Assembly (NCBI RefSeq): GCF_964355755.1
Contig: NC_092678.1
Span: 5,968,422-6,032,421 of the forward strand
DNA: 64,000 nucleotides
DNA from: Antedon mediterranea
Lineage: Eukaryota > Animalia > Echinodermata
Direction of reading: 5' to 3'
Position 1 is the first letter of the stretch. Every line of letters starts with the position of its first letter. Positions 1 through 14,262 of this stretch are shown here, one piece after another. A program made the position numbers and the translations under genes. The notes under the pieces are model-generated. The model had not been told where the DNA came from. It was given only the letters and a program-made list of their open reading frames with translations, and did no database searches.

Positions 1-454
1 AAACATATGGTAACTGGATGGATTAAATATATATTTATTAATACCTCCCCTAAAATCTGTATTGAGTTAAATGAGGGTTGATTAATTTGTTTCGGAAAAC
101 TCATAATAATGCATAACTTTGTACATTTCATTGTAGAAGGATCTGCAATGTTATAATTATGAGTCACTAGACGACATGCCTATCTAATAAAACATTTATT
201 CTAGGCAAGCTCATGTTCCTGAGCATGTGCAGAATGACTTTTTGACTTGATAGCTGCGTAGTTGAGTGGCACGTTGTGAAAAAGAAATTTGACTGAATGC
301 TACAAATGTATTTTCAACACCATTAATTCACCATTAATTCACCATTATTACTGATTCTCAAATTGTGAATAAACGTCTCTATCAGTCAGTCAAATTACAA
401 CAGAAATTGCGTAAGTCTGAAGTAGGTATTATAGTCATCATATGGATTCATTTC

Positions 455-790
455 ATAGGCTATTACTTAATCTGACAAACAAAAGATTTATGCTTTTGGG
501 ATGGGGGCATATAGAAGAGTCCTTCGAGTTCCCTTGCAATGAAGATGAATCACTGGGTGTAGACACCATAAACCCTGCAATGATGCTATGAAAACCAACG
601 GCACAAGATTCTTCAGTCATGTCATTCGTCAAAGAGGTTTTGATAAAGAAATAACAAAAATGGCGACACCTAACAATGTCATGGGAAAATGATGTCAAAA
701 AATGGATTGGACAAGGATTGACAACATCATCAGCTGTGGACAGTAAATGTTGCCATGAAAAAGTGATGACCATTACAGCAAGATTCGCGC
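455..790 (+). mobile_element. Decayed 3' fragment of RTE-clade LINE ORF
   Basis: Frameshifted translation gives YRRVLRVP, RFFSHVIR and SWENDVKKWIG, typical of the RTE post-RT C-terminus. Confidence 0.65.
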
Positions 791-1747
791 CACCGGACTA
801 AGAGAGATCCAACATTGTTAACCATAAAACACCTTGTATAGGCCTCAACTACAGAAGTTCAAACTTCTAGAAGATTAGCATACAAGGAGAAAAAATCATC
901 TATATGTATCGATAAATATAACACTTTAGCAACTATAAAAATGATTACACAGATTAGAGTAAAATTATGCTAACTACAGGAAATGTAATTCACAATAAAA
1001 TCAGAAGACAAGATAAATGCAACAGTTATCTATCAAATTGTCAAGAATCGTTCTTGACAAAATAAGCTCCTAGATTTATGCCATAAATCAATGAAACTAC
1101 GATGTAGATTCTATTTTGGAAGAGTTAGTTGATAAGACTTAACTTTGGAGTTCATTTAATGAGCTTCTTCTCCATTCTATTGATTAGACTTCTATTCTAC
1201 ATTCGGTTAGCTACTATTCAACATTCAGTTTCTCATCATCATACCATCATCGTTGGTCACATTTATGCAGCTAAAGCTTCCTAATTTCATTAATTTATTT
1301 TTTTATTTCCTTTTTAATATCTACAGAAAGCGGTTAAATAATACTCAACATGATGCAGATAGAAAATTGAGTATTCAGTAACAAACGGTCCATCCATCAA
1401 ATAACATCAAGTTTTCCTTTCATCAAAAATAAACATTAAGGAAACAGAATGTGCAGATATTAATAATTTGTAAACTAGACTAAACTCGATGGGAATGTTT
1501 CAAAATATTGATTATCATCAAACATGTTACACTTACCTGTTAAATTCACAGACAAATGTGATTTGCAGAAAATAAATCTTGCAGAAGTGAAAGAAATCAC
1601 ACATAAACTAGAATTTAAGTTTTTGCTCAATTTAAGCATGCGCCTTTTACTCCCACAAGTATAATACACAGCAGAAGTAATGTTACATTTAACATAAAAA
1701 CATATATTTTCTCTCAATAGTCACAATGAAAGAATAGTATTTAATTA

Positions 1748-1866
1748 AGGTTGATTCCCACTAGAGACGCAAGGACATAGAGGCAACGTAAGTGAGTGGA
1801 TCAAATCACTTGCGTTGGGCTTATACAGTATCTGTGCAGTGTGTTTCTGGTGAGAATCAACATTAA
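1748..1866. mobile_element. Short MITE-like element with imperfect TIRs
   Basis: ggttgattcccactagagac ... gtttctggtgagaatcaac; related fragments near 3620 and 32815. Confidence 0.45.
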
Positions 1867-1944
1867 GCATTTTATATACACTCTACTACACTTCGGAAAT
1901 ATATTGGTCCAAACAGTTTAACATTGAATGCGTGTCATTTAATT

Positions 1945-2095
1945 TAATTTCATTTCATTATTTATTTGGTCTATTTAAGTATATACAAAACAAAAAAAAC
2001 TGAAATTGGGGAGACCAGGGTCAACCTAAGTGAACTTAATCACTGTAGCTGAGCCGGTTGACCCAACCCCAAAGTCAGTTTACACATAAAAGACG
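1945..2095. repeat. Interspersed repeat, second copy at about 63775-63910 (possibly a LINE 3' end)
   Basis: Near-identical ctgaaattggggagaccaggg...gctgagccggttgacccaaccccaaagtcagtttacacataaaagac at both loci; tttca-type tail at one end. Confidence 0.7.
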
Positions 2096-5000
2096 TAAAG
2101 ACAAAATACAGTATGGCATGTATGGCCACATATTTGAATGTATATGTAAAAATAGTTGACGACAATGACACTATGGTGCGCATTGTTACGTATACGAAAG
2201 ATACGCACCATTTAGAGGTAATTTACGAACATATTGTATCTGCATGCGGTACCTATGCACCTATAAACCAAATGTTGAATTGTGCGCCATTTCTCACATA
2301 GCGCATAAGTTCAATCACTACATCATCTCCACATTGACGGATGTAATGATTCCCTTAGAATGGTGTTGCTACTGCGATTACTTTCTGAATGTCGAAGACT
2401 ATTCCCCAAGGGACTACACATGCGTTCTATTCATAGCTAGAGTACTAAAAAAAGGGGTGTGATGAATGCGCACCTTTAAGCAATAACAGCGAGCGACATT
2501 TAAAATTAAACAACATGATACATGTACATGATACATTATTACAATCGTTTTGCTATTCTTGAAATACTGTACATCTATTTTGTGGGTAATACTTGATCTA
2601 TTATTGCAAATTTCTTATTTTCGATAATAATAATAATAACAGCAATTTCCCAATATGCTCATGACGTTATATGTTTCAACTCCATGCTCCTCTCGGTCCG
2701 GAGTGTCGCGAATTCTAGCATTTTTTGTCTGTCACATAATATTCCCAAATTATATTAAGTGACATAATAGGAAAAAAGAAGAAGATTAACATTATTAAGA
2801 AAGAGTAGAGGATTGTCTACCGGTGTGCTGATCTCGGTAGGCCCTGCACTGATGACTGCCGTGAGTCTGTGGAGGGCCTAATCCTAATTTCCTCATACTT
2901 TCAGTTAATTTTAAGGATGATATGATAAATACCTTTACATTATAAAACTCTCCGGTGTAATCAACTTAAAGTACACCAGTACAATACATAATGGGATGCA
3001 ACAATAATTGGTATTCTACTCAAAAAGAGAATGGGTCCTCTCCCAGTGTTCTGATCAATGTAGGCGCTGCACTGCAGCTGCCGTAGGCCAAAACCAGAAC
3101 CTGCCTTGCTTCTAAACTAAGAGCGATTAATAATAAATTTACATTTCACAAATGATTTACAATTACGTAAACTAATTGATTGATTGACACTATGTATACC
3201 TATAGCGATAAGCTTGCTAATGCTGTACATCATTAAAATATTTATATGTACTTTTGAACGTTGGTGACATTGAGAATGAAGACTACATGTTTAATGAAGC
3301 TAAGCCACACTTGAGGCCTGACAGGCGTAGCTCAACAGGAGATGAATGAGGGGGCAAAGGGTTATGAACACTTTCTGAATTACAATTCTTTTTAAAAATA
3401 AAATGTACTAATTTTAAATACATGATTTCTTTCTCTTTATAATAATTCATGATAGCAAACTAGAAAGTTGCTAGTAGATTTTTTTATTTTTTTATTATTG
3501 CTCTTATTTGAATATTTGCTGGTTGTTATCTTTGAAAAATAGTAACTTTTTAGCAGGCATAGTTACTTGTGCTTCTCTGCTTTTTAGTGTGATCATGGAG
3601 GAATTATTTATCTAAAGCATGATTCCCACTAGTGAAGTAACGCAGCGATGTATTGACAAAAAGTGCTGTGTTGTGTAATCACAAGTGGGAACAGACGGCG
3701 CAACAGTGCTGCAAACATCGCAGGTTTGATTTCACGCAGACAGGGCAACACAATTTTTAGAATTTTCTTATGTTGCGTAGGTTGTACAAAGAAGGTTTTA
3801 AACTATTTACGGTTAACATTAAAAATTAATGTACATTGTGGGTTCTTTTTGTATATTTAATTTATTCATTAAGCATACACTTTTATTTCAGTAGCAAAAA
3901 AATACATTGGTACATTCTGGGAATGAAATAATGCAAGAATGATTAAAACCTCTCACACACACACACACACACTAATAAAAAAATACCATACTTTACACAC
4001 AGTCCAAATAGTGGATAAATTATTTAATCAATTTTACTATCAAAAATGCAATACAATGTTTTCTTTAAAAAAAAGTGAATTAATAGACTATTTAGCAATC
4101 AAATTCAAATAAGCTAAGACGAGTGAGTTTGGGCTATCGAACAACAGGGATGTAGATATTGATGTATGCTGGCTACCCTTATAAATGTAGTAAGTCAAGG
4201 GCATTTAAGTAAAATTTAAACTTACTGTACATATGTCTTTTTTATACAGGTAGAAATATCAATCATAAACGTTTATGTATTATGTTCTTTATCGAAAAAA
4301 AAAAATTAAAAAAATGGAAAAACTTCGGTTAGGTAGGATTAGTAAGTAGGTTATAAACATTAGCAAAAGTATTAGAAACTGTAATGGGTTCTAAATGTTT
4401 CCCCTTAATAGGCATTTTACTGTATGATGTGCATGCATTAAAAATGAATTGTCCTCCAAAAAATAATTGTTCAACATTTTTATGTGGAATATGCAATTTT
4501 AATGTCACATAATAGTATATTCACTTTTACAAAAAATTGGATTAAAAATTTTTTTTATTAATATTTATTAAATATTATTAAGTATTACATTTTACAAGCA
4601 AGGCCATAAAGAGAGCTGTAGCGATCACATCTCACATAAAAGTATCCCTCTATATCGGCCAGACTTCTCTTGACACGAAGAAACATTTAATCAAAGTCAT
4701 GCTTTATAATCGATATTATTAGTCTCAAGGTCAATGCATAAACAACTATAAAACAAGCAGACTTCAAATACAGACAAATATTTACGAGTATTTTAGCTTT
4801 CTAGGGAATCGTAATCTATAAGCTATAAATGTACAGTCATGCTATAAAAACAACAATGTTATAAATTGCATCAATACGGACAACTACAAACTTTTATGGG
4901 AATGGAATGAAGCATTGTGTCAATACATTGTTTGACGTTCATACTATTGAATTCTGCCAAGTTGTAAACAATTATCCTCTATAGCAATGTCACCAACCTG

Positions 5001-6240
5001 TGATGATTATTATCGAAGCATAATATAAGACCAGACTTAGAAAAGAATACTCAATCTCTCCACATTTTTCAAGTAGCTCTATTTCCTCTTCTGAGAATTT
5101 AAAAGCATCCCCACCTCACCAATTCTTTGTTGTTGTTGTTTTTTTTGGAAGGGAAGGGTGGGACAGGGAGGGAATGCACCAACTACAAAACAAAGGCTAA
5201 GGATATATACTACCGTGGAAAGAAATTGTTTTGTCATAAATAAAATATTTGTTATAAATTTGTGCCGATCATCATCTGATTAACAGTGCTGTATCTCCAT
5301 ATATGACAATATTTCCATATTATCATAGGCAAATTTCATAATAGAGCATCTTATCTCAAATCACATGTGGATTCTTATGTAAGGGAAGGTTTAGGTTAGG
5401 GTCTATGATACAGGCATCACATGTGAAACACATACATCCTGTATCATGTATTTTGCTTGTGATACTGGACACAGTATCAACAATCAACTGCAATCAAAAG
5501 GTTGAATGTATTTTTAAACAACATTGTCAAGCCAGAATTGTTCATGCAAATGTCAGATAAATAACAACTTTATTAGATAATAAACAGAATTCCTGGATGA
5601 ATTACGAAGCTATATTTGTCTCTATTCAGATCATGCACTAGCGCGAGTCTTTTAAATAAAGATCTTTAAGATCTAAAAATGTTTCCCACAAATGACGTAA
5701 ACTTGACTGACGAATTTAAAGTTGGAAAATATTCTAGTTGTCTATATTAGTAATTGATTAAAAAAATGTAGTACCTAAGTATGTGCTCTTTCGAATAAAC
5801 CACAATATACAATAATAATGGAATCAAAGGGCTTACAATATTAAATTTATTGACAGATTTTCTAATACAATCTGTTATCTATTTCTGTTAGTTAGGCTTA
5901 ATTGCTTTCACAGTCATAATTTTAAGTAAAACCTTTTAGTGTAAAACATTATGTATTGCAACCTTTAAACACAGACAGACGAATGGAAAATTTAATTATA
6001 CTTTCAGTATTTGTATATACATGTATTTGTTATTCTTAATGTTGCTTCGGATTGAAGTGGAGAGACTATAATGTTTGATAAATTCGAAAAAAATGTGCAT
6101 TCATTCATTTTAAATTTAACTATATATACATACAGTAGTTTAATTTGATTTATTTATAGTTTGTAACGCACCTGAGTATATCCTTGGAATTTGATTGGTT
6201 AATTCTGTATCATATGCTGTTCAATATTACTTCTATTGCA

Positions 6241-7799
6241 TCTATATATAAATTTACGTAAGGGCAAAATTCGGTAAATCGCGCCTTACTTCTATAATTT
6301 TTACTCGATGGTATATAAAGTTGGTTCGTACTTTCGGTACTGATTTTAACCACCTGATGTAACCCTGTTTACTAATTAAATTAAGTTAGATAATTAGTTA
6401 TTGACAATTAAAACGAATTTAGGTTCAACGATTTGCCCCAAATAGGGGTGTTTTCCGATCGTGGTATACACTGTCTAATGGATGTCCATCTTGAAAAATA
6501 CCCGCCACAAAAATGCGAGGAGGCTTCGCATTTTCCTATCTCCTCCTACGATAATTGTTTTTAATAGCTGAAAACCGGTTGAACAGTTCGAGTACAGCAT
6601 CATAATGTTGAAGACAGGCCGATTTTCTTTAAAAAATACTATTTTGATACATTTAATATACGTTTTTACAAATGTATTGATTTGTGATGAATGGAACATT
6701 CCAAATTATTTGGTTTAACCATACAGGTATAGATTTAGATTTATGGGCCCCCTTGGAGAATAAACATAAATAGTATTGCAATGCTGTACAATACTGTTAA
6801 GGTATTAACCACTTTTGATCGCAATTTGAATCGCAAATTTCTTACTGTGAGTGTTGGTACTGTTAGATGTAATATAAAAATATATACAAATAAACTTTAT
6901 TACTGTGAGTGTGGGTAGGCCCTACTGTTAGATTATAAACATATAATATACAAATAAACATTCTAAATTATTTGGTTTAACCATAGAGGTATAGATTTAG
7001 ATTTATGGGCCCCCTTGGAGAATAAACATAAATAGTATTGCAATGCTGTACAATACTGTTAAGGTATTAACCACTTTTGATCGCAATTTGAATCGCAAAT
7101 TTCTTACTGTGAGTGTTCTGTTAGATGTAATATAAAAATATATACAAATAAACTTTATTACTGTGAGTGTGGGTAGGCCCTACTGTTAGATTATAAACAT
7201 ATAATATACAAATAAATAAACGTTATTACTGACAGTTGCTTCTCAACGTTTGTATTAATTAATAATTTAAAAATATATAAACGTCGTAGTGGTGTATCGT
7301 TACATGTACTTTACTATTTCATATCAATCGACTATGACAGTGAGAGTTTTAACAAAGTACCGTATTAAATCGTAAATGTTTTACTGTATTTAGTGGTATA
7401 TTATTTATAGGCCTATAAAACATTAAAAACAATATTTCGTTACTGAGTGGATAAGAATATATTTTAAAATGTTTCCTCTTTGTACCTATCTTCTTCCCCC
7501 ATCCCTCAACCCTTAATGTTACATACAAAACACAAATTGGGTTTGTTTAAATGAGTCCAAATAAAAAAAATTTGACTCATTTTGTTTCTCTCTCGGAAGT
7601 AATTCCCAGGGTGCTAATTTTTGTTGACTACATAAACAATGTGTATATTAATTCGTTTCTGTAAACGACAATGTATTATAGTCCTGCGGTACGTACATTT
7701 GAAATCTCCATTTTTTTCTCGCTGGAAATACTGTGTATTCGAGAACCATCTGTGGGCACGACCTAGATGGTACGCGAGCGAAGCGAGCGTGCCATCTAG
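6241..7799 (+). mobile_element. Non-autonomous Helitron (about 1.56 kb)
   Basis: 5' TCTATATATA; 3' hairpin ctagatggtacgc..gcgtgccatCTAG; inserted between host A(6240) and T(7800) with no TSD; the uninterrupted host sequence is visible at about 7945. Confidence 0.88.
6703..7230. repeat. Tandem duplication (about 262 bp x2) inside the Helitron
   Basis: aaattatttggtttaaccata..ttatgggcccccttggagaataaac.. at 6703 and 6965. Confidence 0.9.
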
Positions 7800-8058
7800 T
7801 GTTAACAATTCTATTAAAGCTTTTTGTAAAGATATTGAAAATAGTAAAGATAGATTTCCAAAGGAAATATGTATAGTGACACAACTAAGTATATCCTTAG
7901 GATTTGATTGGTTAATTCTGTATCATATGCTGTTCAATATTACTTCTATTGCATGGTAACAATTATATTAGTTCTATTCCATGACAGCTTGTTGTAAAGA
8001 TTTTGAGAATAGTAAAGTTAAATGTGTAGTTTGTGTGTTCCCAAAAGAAATATATATA

Positions 8059-8998
8059 TGAGGCCTGGCATCACAAAAGCGGCGCAGAGTCGAAACCCGA
8101 ATTTTTGAGATATTTAGCCTTGAAGTTCAGAATGTGAAAAACGGCCCATTTTAAAATTTCAACAAAAAACGATAGTATAAACACTTATCTTTAACATATC
8201 AAACTCTTGTTCATAAAAAAATATCACAAGTATGTGTATTTTGCAATTATTTAATTCGTTTCCATTGAAAATCATTAGGAAATTGTATTTTTGTTCACTC
8301 AAAAATCAACTTTCTTTACGGCGCTTTTGTAAACAAACCACTAACCCGAATCACGTCATGTTTGGTACCTATCTGTTCGAAAATATATCAGCTACCATAA
8401 ATTTTAACAACCTAAGGGATTTTTTTAAATCTAGCCAATGGAAATTGTTTTATTAAGGTGTTAGGTTGCTGAATTTTCTAAGAAGAATTTATGAATCCTT
8501 GACTGTGATTGGCTATAGAGATAAATTACGCTCTCTGATTGGCTGACGCTTTTGTTTACGATTAGCAGCATGGCTTCTATTGTAGTTTCTCGAATGAACG
8601 TTTTAAGATTTTGTTAATCGTTACTTTTATCCATATATTTTTTTAAAATAACAAAAAATATAATATCATGTACCACACAGTGATATATTTTCGACTAGTT
8701 TGCGGTTATATTGAAAAGAAAATAGTGAGTTTTGACAGAGAGTCTTGTCGTGTTGATCGGAGGGCTAGGCTAGGCCAAGCTAATCGGCGTCGCTACTTCA
8801 TTGTTGATTTTCTCAAAATAAAGATTTCCTGAGCTAGAAAGTGACTCGTATGTTTTTATTAATAACTCTTCATATAATAAACCAATTTTAATAAACAACG
8901 GCTCATTTTAAAGCTTATTAAATATAGATTACGAATATATAAAAATCGAAAAAAATATTATTTCCGACACTACGGCGATTTTGTGATGCCATGCCTCA
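8059..8998. mobile_element. Non-autonomous DNA transposon/MITE (about 940 bp) at a TA(TA) site
   Basis: TIRs tgaggcctggcatcacaaaa / ttttgtgatgccatgcctca; no transposase ORF. Confidence 0.8.
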
Positions 8999-10819
8999 TA
9001 TAGTTTATAGATTTCTAACACATCTGAGTATCCTTGGAATTTGATTGGTTAATTCTGTATCATGTGTTGTTCAATATTATTTATATTGCATGGTAACAAT
9101 TCTATTATTTCTATTCCATGCTTTTTGTAAAGATTTTGAGAATTTGAGTTTGTGCATTTTCAAAAGGGAATATATTATGGTTAAAAATGTTTTGGTTGCT
9201 GGACGTCGGTCATTAGTTCTAATTACACTAGCTGAGAAGCTGAATAAAATAACTTATTATTGTATGCTTATTCCTATCTCTAGTAATTAATCACAATATC
9301 GTGATATTCAAAACAACTAAAATATTAATCTTAATCTAATTGAAATCATCAAAGCGTTCATTGTATATCACAATGCATCTCGGATTTAGTAATTAATTTG
9401 CGATACAAGTTTTATCTTACAACATATTATTTCTCATGAAGAAAAATTTTAAAATGTTCTAATAAGAAAAGGTGTAGTAGAATCCAAGATATTAAATACA
9501 GTAGAATGTATTAGAGGGAGCAGGCTGGTTTTTCCCACTGACATTTGCATCATCGATATTTAAATGTATGGTCCTTTAATACATTAAACATTTTTTTTAA
9601 ATAGAAATTTCCTGTGAATGTCATTTTGTTTACTCCACAAGAATTACCCACAGAAATTTAACGAGTGTGAAAGGATGTTTAAACCACAATTATTCCTGTT
9701 GTGTTTGATTTCTCCAGGTACCTGTAACACTGAAGGCGACGTGATCCATCTAAACCACAATCACAAAACAGGAAATCATGCCTCATATATCACTTCTTAC
9801 ATCAAGTAAAATGAAAACATAAGCAAAAATTAATACTTATTGGTTTAAGCACGGTTCATAATAATATTTTATCTTTACATATATTAATTCATACTGCGAG
9901 AAACTAAATCGCCCACTAATTAAAAATGGATACAAAAGTCAAAATAATACCAGACTTTGTTTAAAAGCAACATTACTTTTCATTTGAGTTTACAAATTTT
10001 CATTTCTGTCAGCAGTAGCACAAAGTCAAAAGCTTCTTAATGTTTATGTCCTCTGGGAATATAACTGCCTAAAGGCACGGCGCGAAAACTGGAAATTGTC
10101 AGCAAGGTGCCATTCTGAAGTAACTGTACTGAATGCAATAGTACATTTATATCACTTAGTAAACTAATTTGCAAGTAGTGCCAAGGTTGGACTCAAACTC
10201 ACAATCTCCATATCACTAGCTGAGTGTTCATGGCTTTATATACCACCAAGCTTACAATGATGGCTAGGCAAAACAAGAACCAATTGGCTCCATGACATAA
10301 AAAAGCTACTTTTGAGAAATTATCATTGTGACTGTAATATCATGGTTGGTCCCTACTTAAAATGAACTTTTCTATAAAGGTCTTAAAAACAGTATAAGTA
10401 TATCATCCAGTTATAATTAAATAATTTAAAAAAATTGGCTCTTCATTTAAAATTCACTCTACAGCTCCAATGATCTGTTGACATTTTGTACAGGATTGGC
10501 TGCTCAAATATTTGCTCTAAAATTGTCCAATATGAGTAAACACAAGATGTAAATAATATAACAATTGAAAAAATCAATGTTATTTTAGAAAGTGTTTCAA
10601 TTTTAAGAAATGATAACTGAAATCACATGATATACACAAGGTACAGTGACAATCACATGTTTAGAACATCTGGCAAATCAATATAGCAAGATGACATCAC
10701 ATTATTGACTTAAGTTATTAATGTTCACAAGAGGCTCCACACGTTGGATTGAAATGATACTTTGTAAACAACCCATTGAGGCACCACTGGTTTAATGAAC
10801 AAATGATTTTACTAAATGA

Positions 10820-11045
10820 GTGGGGTTGTGGCTTGGTGGTTATGATGCTTGGCTACCACTCCAATGGTCCTGGGTTCAAGTCCTGTCACATGTCAGGATT
10901 TTTTCTGAGGACCAAATTACTCCACTCCCAAAGACTTGTAATAAGACTTTGTTTATGTAGAGCATCTTGTGTATATGTTTGTCTTGTGAACCTCTGAGGG
11001 TCCCTAATGAGCAGCAATAGCTGAATGGATCACCCTCATTAAATA
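10820..11045 (+). mobile_element. tRNA-derived SINE-like element
   Basis: A-box-like tggcttggtgg, B-box-like gggttcaagtcc, followed by non-tRNA body and A-rich tail. Confidence 0.55.
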
Positions 11046-12333
11046 TGGTTTAAAAAAAACAAAAAAAAAACTTCTGTTACAACAACAACAAATAATAATA
11101 ACAAAACTGTGGCTTCTATTAACGCACTGATTTGTAAAACCGCTGTTTTTTAATAAAACCTTCCATTCGGTGAAACCACTGTTCATTGCTGAATCAAACC
11201 TAACCTACATATGACCTTAAAAATACCATTACTGACAACTAACTAACCATGACAGGACATGAACCCATAATGACAGCGTTACAAGATAAGCACTCAGCCA
11301 CTCTTGCATGATGCTTCTCAAATTACGCGTCTAATACCGAGAGGATTATACGATCAACCAAAATGAATTATATGAATAGCAACACAAGACAGCATCCACC
11401 TAAGCTAGCAACATTTTCTTTAAACCTGTCTTCGGGCGAAATTCACTTTAATCAAAGTTAACCAGGTTCTTTTCCATGTTGATCACCGGAGCTTTATTTG
11501 TCCTCCATAATGTTTACGATGGATGGTTAGAAACTCGTTACTGCGTCGACCTACTTCGGTACCCAGGTAATCACGAGTTTCATTAATCTACTTTCGACTA
11601 TGGATTAATTATTGATTTTCAAATAGCAATTGTGAGATTTCTTTACATTCATAGACAATATAAAATATAACACAATACTACAGGTAATAATAATACCTAT
11701 AAATTTACAAAATCATCATTGATTTTACAATAACAATTTTCGAGTCAAGATTAAAAACAATACAAGTTGATTTAATATAAGTTTTCATCGTTGGAATATA
11801 TTTTCTAGGTCGGGGTATGTGAGGACAAAATCTATATACAGTAAAAGTATTTATAAATTTAACAAACAAATTTATTCACTTATTATAAAATTGTTTAAAA
11901 AACATTACAACAATCAAAAACTTTCCTGGTATCAACATACAAAATATTGAATCCAACTTTAAATAGAGCTGTAGCTGTATTACATTTATTAGTCTAGAAA
12001 AGAAGTTAAAACTAGAACGGGGGGGGGGGGGGGGGGAGTTATTTGCATACAAACCAGACGGCAAGGTGTAGCATCTACTTCCTGTTTTACTAAAAATACT
12101 ATGGACTTGAACTATTAAGACGATAGGAAAAAGGTCACACCTGAAAGGGCACAGTATTTGTACTGCTCCCCGGCAAATGGAAACCGTTTGCGATTACACT
12201 GAAGACTAGGTTTCCCCTCTAGCGATGGGCTTAGCATCCAGTATAGCTAAAATCTTTGCTAAACTTGTGCGATAAACCCCGACATAAAACAGGGTCACCT
12301 GCCATTTGCCATGCTTTTGCTACTAAATCCTCG

Positions 12334-12880
12334 AAAATATATCCTGTAAATGCGGCACCTCCCCGTATTTTCCCATACTTGTGCTACCAGGCCCACAAAA
12401 ATATATCCTGTAAATGCGGCACCTCCCCGTATTTTCCCATACTTGTGCTACCAGGCCCACAAAAATATATCCTATAAATGCGGCACCTCCCCGTATTTTC
12501 CCATACTTGTGCTACCAGGCCCACAAAAATATATCCTATAAATGCTTCACCTCCCCGTATTTTCCCATACTTGTGCTACCAGGCCCACAAAAATATATCC
12601 TGTAAATGCGGCACCTCCCCGTATTTTCCCATACTTGTGCTACCAGGCCCACAAAAATATATCCTATAAATGCTTCACCTCCCCGTATTTTCCCATACTT
12701 GTGCTACCAGGCCCACAAAAATATATCCTATAAATGCTTCACCTCCCCGTATTTTCCCATACTTGTGCTACCAGGCCCACAAAAATATATCCTGTAAATG
12801 CGGCACCTCCCCGTATTTTCCCATACTTGTGCTACCAGGCCCACAAAAATATATCCTGTAAATGCGGCACCTCCCCGTAT
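12334..12880. repeat. Minisatellite, 64-bp unit x about 8.5
   Basis: aaaatatatcctgtaaatgcggcacctccccgtattttcccatacttgtgctaccaggcccaca, nearly perfect copies; explains the stack of 63-aa ORFs. Confidence 0.97.
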
Positions 12881-13904
12881 GGAAATATGTAAGAGTGAAC
12901 CCCACCCCATTGACAAAGAAGTATAGAAAATGCACATTGACAGTAAGCAAATTGGATTGAACCACAAGGAGAGTTAATTATTTGGGATGTAACTCTCAAC
13001 AAAAGGAAGAAATTACAACAGAGGGCTCTGTAGCAAATTAGGATCTATAGCTTTTGAGAAATTATTAATCGTCAATCTATCAAAAATGTTCATACTACAA
13101 CTGCAATCAGAATAAGTAGTTTGAACACATGCCACTTAGCTAATTCATATCTTTCATCAAATCCGCTAAAACCTATCCCACACATTATAAGATCTTCAAG
13201 TCGAAATTAAAACAGCCTTCGCATTTATCTTAACAACGGGTAAATACGGTAATCGGTTGTTGCTTATTGCTTGTGCACTTTAAGCGAACACAACCGCTCA
13301 AAAATGACGTCTATCCATAATTAACGACTGAGTATTTATAACAGTAAGTATTATTTTTATTTATCCTTCACAATAAGTCAATGTACTATAAAATAATAAT
13401 AAATTTAACCGACATTTTGTAAATCAGCAATTATTTGTTACAAACATCTTTTCTCAGTACATATATGCAGAGATGAGTTTGATTGGAACAAAACAAATTA
13501 TGTAACTATCAACTTGAAACATATCTGCTAGATAGATCTATAGATAGATAGCTCTCAGGAATATAAGGATGAAATAATTGTGTAAACGCCGGCGAGAAGA
13601 CCATAGAAGAATCTAAATAAATACTTCAAGCATTTCTAAGAAGAATAATTTAAAGTTGCTCCATATTTCCAGTTTCCAATAAGAAACAAAACTGATTTGT
13701 TTGCATTTTTCGGAAGTGAAGGAAGAAGAGAAGCCGTATTAGCATCACCTTGCCGAATCATTTGTCATATCTGTGACTTTACCTAATGACAATACAGGAA
13801 ACATTTTGAATATATGAAATACTTGCAGCAAATCTGCTACAACCTAAAGATATTCCAAAGACTATCTATAAATTACTCCTACTTAAGTTGATGTATTGAT
13901 TTTT

Positions 13905-14262
13905 TTATTTTTTTATTTATTTATTCAACTTCTCACTAACACTGTTAATGAAGGATCGGGACCAACAGGTGGTAAACACCTCTAAAACGGTCCAGTCCCA
14001 ATTGCTCAGTTTCTGTGTGTGACAGTGGCTGTGTTTGTGTGGACTAGTACATCGGGGTAGCCCCCTACTCGTCTCGAAAGATGTACTAGGTTCTTTAAAG
14101 TGCACATGAGCTATGTGTACACTGGACCTACGGTTTATAGTCCTTATCCGAGAAGACTCGTTCTACCACCAGAACCATGGAGCGAGTGAGCCTCGAACCC
14201 TTGCCGATGTTATGGCTACGTAATTACGGTTCCACTGTCTTAACCGCTCGGCCACTCACTTA
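13905..14262 (-). mobile_element. tRNA-headed Deu/Nin-domain SINE (tail type 2)
   Basis: Same head and core as 48775 copy but with a different 3' region. Confidence 0.8.

Noticed and set aside
9718-9805. Plus-strand exon after tttctccag
   Set aside because: Isolated; no partner exons or recognisable protein
13783-13843. Candidate terminal plexin exon (VVADLLQVFHIFKMFPVLSL)
   Set aside because: No resemblance to the expected plexin C-terminal F...AL.E.Y.Y..KY segment
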